This document shows positions 27,154-41,281 of a stretch of 57,788 nt of DNA, in pieces (position 1 is the first letter of the stretch; every line of letters begins with the position of its first letter). The notes beneath the pieces were generated by a model. That model worked only from the letters and a program-made list of their open reading frames with translations. It searched no databases and was not told the DNA's origin. The stretch is from contig NC_068993.1 of the NCBI RefSeq assembly GCF_001194135.2, positions 45,895,267 through 45,953,054 of the forward strand. The letters run 5' to 3'. This DNA comes from Octopus bimaculoides (taxonomy: Eukaryota). The translations under genes and the position numbers were made by a program.

Positions 27154-27316
27154 TACATTTATATATATACGACGTGCTTCTTTCAGTTTCTGACAAGGCT
27201 TTGGTTGGCCCGAGGCTATAGTAGAAGACACTTGCCCAAGGTGCCACGTCATGGGACTGAACCTGGAACAATGTGCTTGGTAGGCAAGCTACATACCACA
27301 TAGCCACTCCTGCACC
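26890..27316 (-). mobile_element. SINE family B, full length
   Basis: tttacttgttacaatcatttgactgcagccatgctggagcacc...ggcccgaggctatagtagaagacacttgcccaaggtgccacg...accacatagccactcctgcacc. Confidence 0.88.
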
Positions 27317-27373
27317 TACATTATGTGTATAAATATATGTTATACGTATATACACATATATAATATATATATC

Positions 27374-27374
<1 letters not shown>

Positions 27375-27457
<83 letters not shown>

Positions 27458-27535
27458 NNNNNNNNNNNNNNNNNNNNNNNNNNNNNNNNNNNNNNNNNNN
27501 NNNNNNNNNNNNNNNNNNNNNNNNNNNNNNNNNNN

Positions 27536-27592
<57 letters not shown>

Positions 27593-27771
27593 CATATGTA
27601 TATATACATATATAAATTTATATATATAATATAATATATATATTATAGACAAAATATGTATATATGTATTTATGTACATATGTATATGTATATATATATA
27701 TGTATATATATGTATGCATATATATATATATATATATGTATGAATATATACATACACATACACACATACAC

Positions 27772-27852
<81 letters not shown>

Positions 27853-27890
27853 CATACGTGCATATATATATATAAATATATGTGTTTGGA
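27375..27890. repeat. Compound (CA)n/(TA)n/(TATG)n simple-repeat block with gap
   Basis: Directly visible. Confidence 0.9.
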
Positions 27891-28671
27891 TGTATATAAA
27901 ATATTTTTTATCTAAAGATCTATTAATCATATCTTCTCTTGCTCTCTTGCTAATCTACCTCACCTATATAAACTCTCATAGAACACCACCTCTCTTCCGG
28001 ATTCAATGAACATTGTTCATTACAATAATCTTCACTTCTACACCAGACGTCTTAATTCGCTTAGGTATATTATTAGGTGGAGAATTCGCCTTGCTTGCAA
28101 ACTACTTAATCTCTCTCTCCCTCCTTCACTTCATCTATATACATGACATACATACGTACATACATTCATACACATACACATTTATATACATTTATATATA
28201 GTATATGCATATGTTCTTACATGCAATGTTACAATTTGCGTTGTATGCGCCACAAATATCCAATTACATTAGAGCTCAACATTTATACTCTAAAATGTTC
28301 ATCTCTAAATGCAGAGTAAATTTGCTGTGTTGCATCAGCGCATCAGTGTATTTGTGAGTGTGTGTGTGTGTGTGAGCGTGTATATAATCACCCGCTCACG
28401 TAAATTTTTATTTTGTGTAAATGTATATTTATATATTTAAAAAACATTGAAGAAGTCTATTCTCCACTAACATTAAAATGTTAACGTTTTCATTACACAA
28501 AAATAAATGTGCATATAAAAAGAAAAGTTTGATGCATTTTCAACATTTTGCTCAATACTTTTTACACACTCTCTCTCGTACGCACGCTCACATACATATA
28601 TATATTTAAATATATATNNNNNNNNNNNNNNNNNNNNNNNNNNNNNNNNNNNNNNNNNNNNNNNNNNNNNN

Positions 28672-28717
<46 letters not shown>

Positions 28718-28778
28718 TCACTCATACAGAGAAAGCTAGAGAACAACATCATTGATATATTTCCATCGGCTACTGTAA

Positions 28779-28965
28779 GGCGGTGACAGAACAGTTAGCA
28801 CGCTGGGCGAAATGCTTAGCGGCATTTCGTCCGTCTTAACATTCTGAGTTAACATTAAACCAAGGTGGACTTGCCTTTTCAACCTTTCAGGGTCGGTAAT
28901 ATAAGTATCATTTTAGCATTGTTGGGGTGGCTGATCTAATCGACTGTCTCCCTCAAAATTTCGTG
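28779..28965 (+). mobile_element. SINE family A, diverged
   Basis: gttagcacgctgggcgaaatgcttagcggcatttcgtccgtcttaacattctgagtt...acctttcagggtcggtaatataagtatc. Confidence 0.8.
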
Positions 28966-31221
28966 TATTTTTCACTGTATTTAAACATTGTTTAACCTGA
29001 TCCTACAGTCAATCAGGTGCGTTCATTTTCACAAGCGGCATATAAGATATCACTAACAAGTCGGCAATTACTCTCTTTTTATCCAAATACTAGATCACCC
29101 AAAACTCGATGAACTACATATCGGCAAATACAATGTAGTGCATCTCATACAAAATTCTACGGGTTTTGGGACATTTTTGAAACAAACCATTGCCTAACTA
29201 TTTGCTTCCATGAAAACAACATGACTTATTCTCAAACATGCTCCAAGTCAAACCGACGAGCCACATTTCAAAAGCCCTTACCATTTCAAAACAAGCATCT
29301 TAGTGCATTATACCTGGCCATCTCATTGTCAAGCATTTTAACGTTTCTCTCTAGGAAACTCTCAATTAGATTTGAATGCAAAACACATAAGTCCATACGT
29401 CCATTTGTCCCTCCTTTCCGTGCGTTCCTCTCTCCCCTCCATCCCTCCCTCCCTCCATTTCTCGGGCACTTCTTCCATAGTGTACTATCTGAAGCAAGCG
29501 TCATTATACTTAGCGGCTGCATTCCTAAGCGTGAGCAACGGGGACAATGGATATTTTTCAAACCCTTTGTTCTCTGTCCTCACATAGCTCTCCTGCGCTT
29601 TGACTCGCTTGAAAAATTCCTGTGATTTTTGGTTTTTTCCCCAAGCTGAAGGAGAAGGTGAAAAAGGCTGTAAAAAGTATTCTGGATGCCTTCCCTTTCC
29701 AAGGCTTCCTCGGAGCTTTCACAAGTCGGTTGAAACGCTACACGTGCATTGAAGTTATAGGATCCTCCTTTGAACTTTAAATGTCTCCTGAAAAAATCTC
29801 AATACTTTTGGAATGCTCCCTAATTTATGTTTGTCAGACTGTCTATAAAATGTTTCCCTAAACACTTTAAATATAAGTGCAAGTTCTAAGTATTTTTATG
29901 TATTTTATTATTTTTTGGTCATATATTTGCCAGTATCTTTAATGATTCCCAAAGCAAAATCATGTTCAGAATAGTACTTCTGTGTTCAATTCCTGTTATC
30001 TCTATTTCCGAATTTTATATTTAGATAATTTAGCCATTTCCGATAGAGATATATTCTTTAAAACTGATAACATAATATTTTTTTCCTTAGTCATTTTTTC
30101 AGACATCGAGTAGGCAATTTACTTCATTCCTGTCGTCTTTTTAAATCGACATGTCCCAGAACGATATTTACTTCCTCATTGTTGGACATATATTCTGGGG
30201 TGTATTTGTACATATTTTATTACACTGCAATAATTTCGTCTATAGTAAACCTACAACTTTCTCATGTTCGTGTATTTACTCTGTTTTAGTCAAGACACAA
30301 ACAATGTGATTGATTGCTACAGCACAGCCTGTACACATGCTTTTATATCTTTCTTAATTATAACAGCTTTTGTATTTTCTGTCTCATCAGTCAGGATTAC
30401 GTGATTTTCTGAGCGCGGTCTGATTATTTCTTTCCTCTTTATCCGCTCCTGGCTCGCCCACTTTTTTGCGTGTTTTTGATTTGTAAGAACTTTTCTTGTC
30501 AACGTCTTTACATGACATTTTGTAGTCAGGTTTATACTTTAGCTCTTAGTTTCTTAATATTTTCTCTCATTGTTCTCCCACCCTCCACACATCTGCCTGT
30601 TATCTGATCATCTCTTTTATAACTGCTGGCGTCTCAGGAAACGGATAAAATGTTGTCGTGTTTTCGTTTTGTTCCTATTTTTGTAGCTATTATTTGCATT
30701 ATTTTCTGTTTAATCTTTACAAGATATTTATATAGTCCCACAAAATATATTTTATAATAGATTTATTTTGTATTAAAAGTGAATGTAATAAATATAATCT
30801 TTCTTTGTGAGCTTTTAACGGCTATGTTTAAAATTCTGTCATTATTTGTCGAGTTTCATCTTATATTTTATCTGTTCCTACCCGACGAAATGTTCTATTT
30901 TATTTAATTTGTCTGCAATGTGATTTATTTGTACACGAAGGAAAAAATAATGAACAAATTATTTCTCTTTAATAAATTATTCGTCAATGACAAATTATAT
31001 AAATTTTTAAATATGATAGCAAATGACAACACACATATACATATACATGTATGTATGTATGTATGTATGTATGTATGTATGTATATATGTATTATGTATG
31101 CATGCATGTATATCATTATAAGTTTATTTCAAGATTTCTTGCCATTAGAGAAAGAAGCGGTTTTCCTACCTAGATCCAAAGCTCCTTCATTGGAATTTCT
31201 ACATCAACAACAGGGTATTTA

Positions 31222-31256
<35 letters not shown>

Positions 31257-31460
31257 ATATGTGTATGTATCTATGTATGTGTTCTCATACATTTACTCTT
31301 TACTTTTCTAAGAAATTTTAATGTAATTTTGGTGAATATATCTGTTAAAATGAGATGTCAATGTTATTTTCATTTTTCTGTAATTTAGACGACAATTTAT
31401 TCATCGCACCCTATATATATATATATATATATGCATGGAGACATACATACATTCACACAC

Positions 31461-31544
<84 letters not shown>

Positions 31545-32363
31545 TTACATATGTATGTATATGTGCATGTGTGTGTATGAATTACACACATACATACATA
31601 TATTTCTATAAACATGCATTCGCATATATTTATATGCATAAAGAGAGCGGGACAGAGGTGAGGAGAAAGAGAGAGAGAGAGAGAGAAAGTGCTTAAGGTA
31701 GCGGACAGGAAAGAAAGAAACAAAATGAGAAATATGTGGAATAAAAAAATGACTTAGATCTATAGCGGTGCGTATATACAATGGTGAATATATATTTTAA
31801 TATCATGCGTATATAATCTTCAAAGAGAAAATAGCTGACGTCACAAACATTACCACGCTGAGTCGAAGTGGTTACTTCATTGTGCCGTGTGTTCATTTGG
31901 TTACTAAACAACAGATCCACTGGCATCCATGAAAAATAACCTTATAAAACATGCGAAGCATGTTGAAAGGGTTCCAATAAGGCGTATATAAATATTGGAT
32001 AGGAAATTTGTTATGGTTCCATCCCCGGCATACAATGAGGAGTTTGGTTGGATGTCTGCTTGATTGGTTCGCTTCGTTGAATTAAATATTTTAGTTGTTT
32101 ATGGAATATTTTAAAAACAACTGACGCATCGCCTGTCACCTTTGTCAATGAAGGATCTTGCTGTTACAGCATTCTTTAAAACCTGATGGTCTGGGTGAAA
32201 AATAAAACAAATATATTTAGGTATATGTGTATGTGTGTATTTAGGATTGTGTATATATCTGTGTGCGTCTCTGTACATGCACACGTGTGTATACGTATGT
32301 GTATATGCATATAACTCTATGTGTATGTGAGTATTAGTGTGCGTATGTATGTTGTTACGTTTC

Positions 32364-32408
<45 letters not shown>

Positions 32409-32982
32409 GCATTTGTGTGGTATGGATATATATATATGTATATATGTGTGTGTATATATATATATGCATATACATACATATACATCCATACATATACATA
32501 TACATATACATACATATACATATATAAATGTATATACATGTAACATAAATAATATATAAATATTATTATATATTATATATATATATCACGCACTCTTTTA
32601 TTTTTTATCTATCTATCTATCTATCTATATATATATATATATATATATATGTATAATATATGTTCCTGTGTGTAGCGAGAGTGAAAGAGAAGCTTAGAGA
32701 TCGAACGAGATAAAATAAAATAGTAACGGTGTAATTGGGAGATGAAAATGTCATTTGTTGAGGAGACTCAAGGTCAAATACTTTGAAGGATATAAAGACA
32801 AATTATTCTTTAGAAATTATCTAAACAGAAACAAAAGAATGATAAATATTTACAAATACGGTGATACCAGGAATAGGAAAGTACAGGCAAAGATGTATAT
32901 TGAAAATAGAGACAATTTTCCCTTTAATTTTTATTGCACTTTATTCGTACTTCTTTCTCACTACACACACACACATACATAC

Positions 32983-33038
<56 letters not shown>

Positions 33039-33759
33039 CTGTACAGAGGTAGGGAGAGGAATGGGAAGAGTGTGAAGGAGCGAAAATCTCCAGTGCCAAA
33101 GAGCCACTGGAATTTTGAAAAAAAAAACAGAATTTTATTTCATTTTCTTACAAAGAAAATAATAATGAAAATTTGTTCTTTAATCTCTAGCTACTTGATA
33201 GAAGGTATACTTTATCAATCTAATGTACATACAGTCATTTTTACTATACATAGTAACTGTCTTAAGATCTGCTTCAATAGAAAAGAAACATCCTCTTTCA
33301 GATATCACTGCTGCATTAAAACTACTACATTATTAACGGACGTTTGATATCCCAAAGAGAGAAACTTCCAGCATTGCGTGAACAAAATATATTCACTGGC
33401 ACAGGACCATATAGTGGTAAACTAAACAGTACAGATGTAGGAATTTAAGGTTAATCTGGGCAAACCGAATAACTTAAATCTTGTTTTCTATCAACTATAA
33501 CATTTTTGGACCGAGATAACAAACCTGAATTCTAACCCCAACATAATAGTTTATCGCAGAGATCCGTTATATTTTATATCCGGTGCTGTGTCTGTAGGTC
33601 TTTTCTATTTCTACCTTGCATACTCGCCGATACTTGCTCAACATGTTATAAATATAGATGTACAATCTTATAACCTCCTCCTCCCTTATGTAGCTTAATA
33701 TTTCATCTATTTTATACAAGGATTATTTGCTTTTTCTCCAGTACTATGAACGTTCTTAT

Positions 33760-33936
33760 CACTATTCAATCGTTTTTCTCTACTTTGAATCCACTTTCAT
33801 CTTTATATCACAGTTGGTAGCCACCTCAGCCTTATCTCTCTCAGTTTCAACATATACTTCATAATCAACCGTAGTTTTTTCTGAGTGTCCTTCCGTATTT
33901 TGCTTATTCTGTCGATTCTTAGCTCTCAGTACAACC
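33760..33936 (-). mobile_element. Possible RTE-type LINE 3' relic
   Basis: Minus frame RIDRISKIRKDTQKK...KLREIRLRWL resembles the RTE DRIxNxxIR...KLRExRLRW motif; heavily decayed. Confidence 0.35.
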
Positions 33937-34132
33937 GTACTAAATGATTTTTGACCTAAAAATTAATTTCTGTAATTCACATTACATTATGTATTTCAAA
34001 TTATAAAACGTATTTCAAAAATTACATTAATTCATATGGAACTTTTGATTTCAAATCTAATAATACTAATGATTTTAATTGTGTCTAAATAGTTCTAATT
34101 AACGGTAACATCATCAAGATCATCTTCATCAA

Positions 34133-34133
<1 letters not shown>

Positions 34134-34190
<57 letters not shown>
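34134..34190. repeat. (TTA)n microsatellite
   Basis: Directly visible. Confidence 0.95.
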
Positions 34191-34192
<2 letters not shown>

Positions 34193-36107
34193 ATTAGATA
34201 AGTAATTTTAAATATATGAAGCTGCATTTTCAATGTCACGAAAATATATTCGTAATTTCCAATAAATTGGCATGGATACATAATAAACCAAAGAAATTAT
34301 GTATAGCATATCAACTCTTTCTCCTCAACGTGCACTTCTAGACTTATATCTACTCACACCCTTCGAACTTAACCATTTAACCTCCACTTAATCACTCCAA
34401 CTTTTCAGGATCCTCCTTCTCACCATCAATCCCGATTATCATTACTTTATCATCTTATTGTCCACTTTCATTCACTGTCAATCTGAATTTTGTTCTCCAG
34501 TCGTATGTTTCTTCTATTTTGTCCGCTCACATTTCCTTGCAAAATCCCTTTGCTCAATCATTTATTTTTCGTTTATGATTATCATTAATTTCTTCACAAC
34601 CAGTAGCAGCTCGTATTTTCATTGGCTTGCCTTAATCGAGGCACACTCTGTGGAATAGTCGCAGAGAATGTTACCCTCATAATTGGGGAAAATGTCCTTT
34701 ATGAAAATAATTACACGTAGACTACATACATAGCGTTGTGCATCGAGCTGCATGCAATGAAATCCGTAGATATGATAATATCGAGGATGCAACCATAAGA
34801 GGTCTATACAATCACAAGGGAGTATACTCCCTTATGATACTGAGGATACAATCATAAGGGAATATAAACAAGCACAATATGAAGGAATACTTACCGATAG
34901 CTTCAATAACAGACTTCAATAAATTGCAAGTATAAGCGACCGCATATAATGGTTTGGGACAGAAAAAATTATGCAAATTAGTTGAAATCATTTGCTCAAC
35001 AATGCCAACAAAATATTGCAAACAAGGCAAAATAAAACATCTATACCGAATTGATAAGAAATTTGCAGTTATTCTATCCGGACTATAATTTTAGATATTA
35101 ACTTATGATTAGTAAAGCACTGAGGAGCGTGACTAGAAACCTCAGCAACAATCTTGCAGAGATAAGTTTTATAGATCCAGAAAGATGTCGGTTAATATAG
35201 AGATGGCAACTACAAGTTATCAAACAGTCTGTCATAATATGTAATATATTCAGATGGTTTACTATGTAATATACATATACATATACATACATAATACATA
35301 TACATATGAATATATATGTATATATATGTATATACATGCATGAGAGTCTATATACTTATGTGCTTACATACATGAACGCATACATATACATACATCCATA
35401 TACATACCCACATACTGAAAACTCATATATAAATTTAGATGACATATGTATACTTTCATTACTTTTATTGTATGCATTAGTGATAAATAGATACGGATTC
35501 ACAGCTATCAGAAAAAATCTCGTGGGAATACAAGAAAAAAGTACGTTAAAATGATATGATTAAATTTGAATAGTGTGCGACAATAATAATTTCTGAAACG
35601 AGAACCGCTTATGTGTGATACGAATTAGGATAGCTGATAACGAAATGACAAAATATGTTAGTGAAAAGTAATTACTTAATATCATTTCCTCATTCAGACG
35701 TACACACACAGACACACAAACGCGTGCGCATCCCCTCCTACACACCCTCCCACGTAAATGATAGTCCGTCAGTATTCTTTTTTGATCTCTTGTGTCATGA
35801 ACTAGATTACATTGGGAATCTTCTAAACGCACTCAAACATTCTGAAAAATATTCTTTTTAGTTCCACCATGGTTATGTGGGGTCTGTACTGCTAATTCTT
35901 ATTTCTTATCTCTGGGAGTTTATTCTGGTAAGTGGTTTTCTAATGCACGTTATGTACACCTTGGAGGTTAAGGTGCTCATATGCTTTAGGGTTGCGTTTT
36001 TTTCCCGTATGTTTCCATCTTAAAGTGTTCTAGATATTTTCACTTAGCTTATTGATAGTTTTTAAAAAGAAGCAAATAATGATCTTCTGCATTGAGAAAA
36101 ATTGTTC

Positions 36108-36272
36108 GCGTGGCTGTGTGGTAAAAAGTTTGGTTCCCAACCACATGGATCAGGGTTCAATTCCACTGCATGGCATCTTAGGCAAGTGCCTGCTACTATA
36201 TCCTCGGGCCGACCAATACCTTGTAAGCAGGTTCGGTAAACGGAAACTGAAAGAAGTGAAAGAAGTCCGTCC

Positions 36273-36303
<31 letters not shown>

Positions 36304-36380
36304 GTATCTTTCAGTCTATGTTTTTCCACACCACTGCTTGAATACCGGGGCTGGCGTGTTTGCATCTTCGTAACTTAGCT
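36108..36380 (+). mobile_element. SINE family B, 3'-truncated
   Basis: gcgtggctgtgtggtaaaaagtttggttcccaaccacatggatcagggttcaattccactgcatggcatcttaggcaagtg...cggaaactgaaagaag, (TA)n, ...cgtaacttagc. Confidence 0.85.
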
Positions 36381-36785
36381 CTTTGTACTCATCCTCGGTG
36401 GTGGATACCCGTCCGCAAGACATAGCAGTAGTTCGCTCCATCTCGCAATATATAGAAAACAATTGACTACCAGTCACCGATTTTGCAACAAGCGAATTAG
36501 CTACTTAGAAAATCCCTATGAGAGATGAAGGTAGTAACTATACTGCGATGTCCTCCTGAGGTTAAGATGGTAGCAACGTAAGTATCTACTGAAGAGCCAA
36601 GTTGAAATGGTGATAAACATTGATTCTCAGAATAATCTCATCTCCTATAGAGATTTTCCAACTCCCTAATTTGCTTCTTGCAAGGTCAGTGAAACGTCAC
36701 CGCTTATTTTCTAAATATTGCGAGCTGGAGTTAACTACTGCTATCTCTAGCGGACAGGTATCCATCACCTAGGATGGCCACAAAG
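36381..36785. mobile_element. Foldback/MITE-like element with ~150-bp inverted arms
   Basis: 36390-36459 versus the reverse complement of 36707-36776 differ at 9 of 70 positions by my count. Complementarity continues inward (gaaaatccctatgagagatga / tcatctcctatagagattttc), leaving a ~110-bp spacer. Confidence 0.7.
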
Positions 36786-37105
36786 AAAGAGCACGAAACT
36801 GTACGAAACCGGTCCCGTTGCTGGAGGTTAGTAGTGGTTCGCTCCCCTGCTTGCAATAAATATCGGGTGCAGATTGCATCGAATAACAACAAGCTGTATG
36901 AGGCATCTTCCTGGGATTAAATTTTAGTAACGTCAGTTCCAACAAAACAGCTATGTTGAAGTGGCGACAAACATTTACTACTTACTATATTAAGTACTTT
37001 CATCTCTTATCGAGATCTTCTAACGAGTTGATTTGCTATCTATCTATCTATCTATCTACATGTATGTATATGTGCGTGAATGTGTATATATATAAATATA
37101 TATGC

Positions 37106-37185
<80 letters not shown>

Positions 37186-37710
37186 CTTTATTTGTGAATT
37201 ATGGTTAATGCATAAATATACATACATACACACATACATACGTATTTTATAGACATATTTGTCTATAGATGTATTGATATATTGATATACCTAAATAGCT
37301 ATACAAATGTATACTTCATCTATGCGCATTTGTGTATGCAAATGTGTAAGCGATTGTATCTATATGTTTGTGAAGGTCTGCGATTGAAAATCTGCGTATA
37401 TTTATATTTGTGTATGTATGTATGTAGGAATTGTTTTTATTTTGAAATAAACAAAGCATTTTCTTTATCAATATTTACTGGATGTTGAAATAAGTTATAG
37501 AATCGGTAAACGTTTATATATTGTAGACATTGTTCCAGCCAATAATTTCGTTAACATTTCCTGTCTGCCACACAAAATATTTGAATCCATCCATAGAATC
37601 CCCGATGTCACAGACATTTCTGCAATTCGGCGCCTAATATCTACGATCAATTAGAGAGAAAAACCATAAAAATGGACACATCAGTTCCAACTTTTGGCTT
37701 GTGAAGTTTC

Positions 37711-37827
<117 letters not shown>

Positions 37828-38399
37828 CATGTATTTATGTATGCATGTATGTATCTATATAAGTATATATGTACGTATGAACATTTCACATTATGTGGTT
37901 GTCAATGATTTTCAATATATTTGAGTATTTGAGGTCAATTAATTCGGGTCAGCTATAAAAGCGACCAATTGTTCTCGACAACGTTTTGTTGCGTAGTTCT
38001 TAAATGCTAAAACATATTTTATGACCCTTTCATATACACTCTGTTATGGGCACTGAACTGCAACACCTTAGAGCTGCACTATATCAAAAAACTAAGAAGT
38101 ATACCGCAACAGCTAAGTTTCACACATACAAAGCAACAATAAACAGCTCCAATAATTTCATTAACCCTGAACATTATGCTGAGACATGTACAATCAGTGA
38201 TAAGTTTAAAGCAAATCTCTTCCTTCAAACATGTCCATCTTACGCTCTGATTGTCTGCTCGACATTATCCACACATCTGCTACAATACCCCTCGCACAGC
38301 CTTAAAAATGAGATAAGGAAAGAATGCTATAGATCAGTGCATCCAAAGCATTAGATCAGTGTATACTTCCTACAGGAAAGTGTCTTTTGACATTTAATC

Positions 38400-38580
38400 G
38401 TTTACTTGTTTTAATTATTCGATTCTGGTCATGCATCAACACAACCGTGAAAGGATTAGTCGAAGGACTCAACCCCAGGTTTTAGTTTCAAGTTCGGTAT
38501 TTACTGTGTCTATGTATTTTGCCGAAACGTTAAGTTAATGAGCAATAAATAAACCAACGCCATTTGCAAAGTGGTAAAGA
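38400..38580 (-). mobile_element. SINE family B 3' half, old
   Basis: tttacttgttttaattatt...ggtcatgc...gattagtcgaaggactcaaccccagg...tttgccgaaacgttaagtta...ataaataaaccaacgcc. Confidence 0.55.
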
Positions 38581-39240
38581 ATCTCATGAGCTGAAAGACG
38601 TATCGCAATGCGTTTTCTCCGACGATCTAGCGACACTCAGTTGATATCCTTTATAATGAGAATAAGATGGTGAAGACTTAGTCAACGTATAGCGCTAACT
38701 AGTTTCAATTGTCGACAAGAGATGTAGCTAGCCGTGTTTAACAACACTACCGCGCACGTTTATTACTTTTAAGAGACTCTTCTGCTTTGTTGGAAGAACT
38801 CAAACCAAGAATTTTGTTTTAGACATGCCTTCTTCACTTTCTTCTAGCGGTCTTAGAGGCTACGAAAATGGTCAAGGAACAGCCCCTTTTTACCCTTCAA
38901 CGTGACAGACAAAATGCCACTCAATACATTCTGTATCTGCATCAATATCTCCCTCTCGCTCTGGTCTAACGGCCCTGCATGTTTGTTTTCGTTCGGTTTC
39001 TTTGTATGTCTCTACTGTCCTGCTTTTTTTCCCAGCTATGACCCTCCATGAATCCTAAATTTTATTTTGGAATTTATAGGAACGACTGTCTTTGAAAACT
39101 GATATGAGGAGTAGAAATGAGGAGTAGATAGACAGCCGACAACTAATGAAGGGTCGTTCTTTGTGTTTACTTGTCCTGTTTTACATTTTTTTCTCTCGTT
39201 GTTTGCGAATTTTATGTTGTTTAAACATATATATATATAC

Positions 39241-39247
39241 AGAGAGA

Positions 39248-39337
<90 letters not shown>
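39241..39337. repeat. (AG)n microsatellite
   Basis: Directly visible. Confidence 0.95.
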
Positions 39338-39339
<2 letters not shown>

Positions 39340-39721
39340 CGCTAACTCTTTATTTTCATTACACCACATAACCTAAAAGGTATATGGTTAGCATTTCGAG
39401 CAGGTCAAGCAAGGAGAGAAAACGTTTTTGAGATAAATGTATTACAAGGAACGCTAAATAGAAAAAAATACCAAAACAAATATACCGTGATAAATAAAGG
39501 AGTGAAGAATTCGTTTAAATGGATATAGCACTCTAATTTAGAAACAGGATTTGTAATAAATGAAAAAAAGGTTAAGTGAAGGAAAACATAAAATCTCTAG
39601 TTTTAAAGGAAGAATATTACTTTCCTGCAGTATAGTAACGTTGGTAAACCAAACATCATGTTATTGGCTTCAATAGGTTCAGCGGTTTCATTCTTTAGGA
39701 TAATGGGTGCCAACATCTTAC

Positions 39722-39766
39722 CATGTATTTCAAGAGTCATGTGTATGGTGGTACAATCGAAGAAAG
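39722..39766 (-). CDS. Candidate 45-nt internal exon (phase 1-1), xFFDCTTIHMTLEIH; product unknown
   Basis: Minus strand ttctcacacattacag|CTTTCTTC...ATACATG|gtaagat gives a good acceptor and donor with one open frame. No homology recognised. Confidence 0.2.
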
Positions 39767-40302
39767 CTGTAATGTGTGAGAACATGCAATAACAAGACAG
39801 GTATCAATAACAGTCCCTACTAAGATATTGACGCATCCTATTACATCAACATTTAACACATTTTTCTACTTTGTGATCCATATTGATTTTTTTCGCTAAC
39901 AAAATGTGAGGTTCTTAAGCAACGAGAAATAACAATAAGCTATGGAATATAAAGACATGATACTGGGTTCGTTATTACCAATTAAATACACGCATACATA
40001 CTTGAACACACACATAGAAGCATACATTTTCTGATGTAGATGTAACTGTGTGTATCATTCTAAGTATATCTGTCTAAATGTTTGCCTGTCAGTATATGTA
40101 TCGATACTATCCTCGGCAAATGAAGGCTAAATAATCATTTGTTACATATTTCTTACTATTTATTTTAGGATTTTACCCCTATTTTCTACATTTATCTTTA
40201 CTGAGGAACAAAACAAACGTGTCTTTCACTTATCTATATACATTTATCTATCTTACTTTCCCTATCTGTCTCTCTGTCTGCCTGTCTTTCTCTCTCCCTG
40301 TG

Positions 40303-40370
<68 letters not shown>

Positions 40371-41017
40371 NNNNNNNNNNNNNNNNNNNNNNNNNNNNNN
40401 NNNNNNNNNNNNNNNNNNNNNNNNNNNNNNNNNNNNNNNNNNNNNNNNNNNNNNNNNNNNNNNNNNNNNNNNNNNNNNNNNNNNNNNNNNNNNNNNNNNN
40501 NNNNNNNNNNNNNNNNNNNNNNNNNNNNNNNNNNNNNNNNNNNNNNNNNNNNNNNNNNNNNNNNNNNNNNNNNNNNNNNNNNNNNNNNNNNNNNNNNNNN
40601 NNNNNNNNNNNNNNNNNNNNNNNNNNNNNNNNNNNNNNNNNNNNNNNNNNNNNNNNNNNNNNNNNNNNNNNNNNNNNNNNNNNNNNNNNNNNNNNNNNNN
40701 NNNNNNNNNNNNNNNNNNNNNNNNNNNNNNNNNNNNNNNNNNNNNNNNNNNNNNNNNNNNNNNNNNNNNNNNNNNNNNNNNNNNNNNNNNNNNNNNNNNN
40801 NNNNNNNNNNNNNNNNNNNNNNNNNNNNNNNNNNNNNNNNNNNNNNNNNNNNNNNNNNNNNNNNNNNNNNNNNNNNNNNNNNNNNNNNNNNNNNNNNNNN
40901 NNNNNNNNNNNNNNNNNNNNNNNNNNNNNNNNNNNNNNNNNNNNNNNNNNNNNNNNNNNNNNNNNNNNNNNNATATAATACAGTTCTATATTTAAGATAT
41001 GAGGAATTATTTACATA

Positions 41018-41281
41018 TGGCGTAGTGGTTAAGAGCGCGGGCTACTAACCCCAAGGTTCCGAGTTCGATTCACGGCAGCGACCTGATTAATAATAGTAAT
41101 AATAATAATAATATAATAATAATAATAATAATAATAATAGTAACATCGATAGGAATGAGAACCCAGGTTCGAAATTTCCCCAAGACACCTGACGAAGGCT
41201 GGAGGGTATATCAGCCGAAACGTTGTGTAAACAACAAACAAGATGAGGACGAATATCCGTCAAATGTAAATAATGTAAATA

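Noticed and set aside
29640-30500. Minus-strand region with LPTRC and FFQETFKVQRRIL fragments, possibly an L1/Tx1 ORF2 C-terminus
   Set aside because: Too many stops and frameshifts, and the CCHC motif is not recoverable by eye; needs tBLASTx or HMM evidence.
34885-35040. Minus-strand open stretch ending at a GTAAGT donor (…NLLKSVIEAI|g)
   Set aside because: No clear acceptor or start, and no homology.
41018-41090. Functional tRNA gene
   Set aside because: A and B boxes are present but there is no complete cloverleaf or acceptor stem, and it continues into SINE body. The same applies to the heads of families A, B and D.
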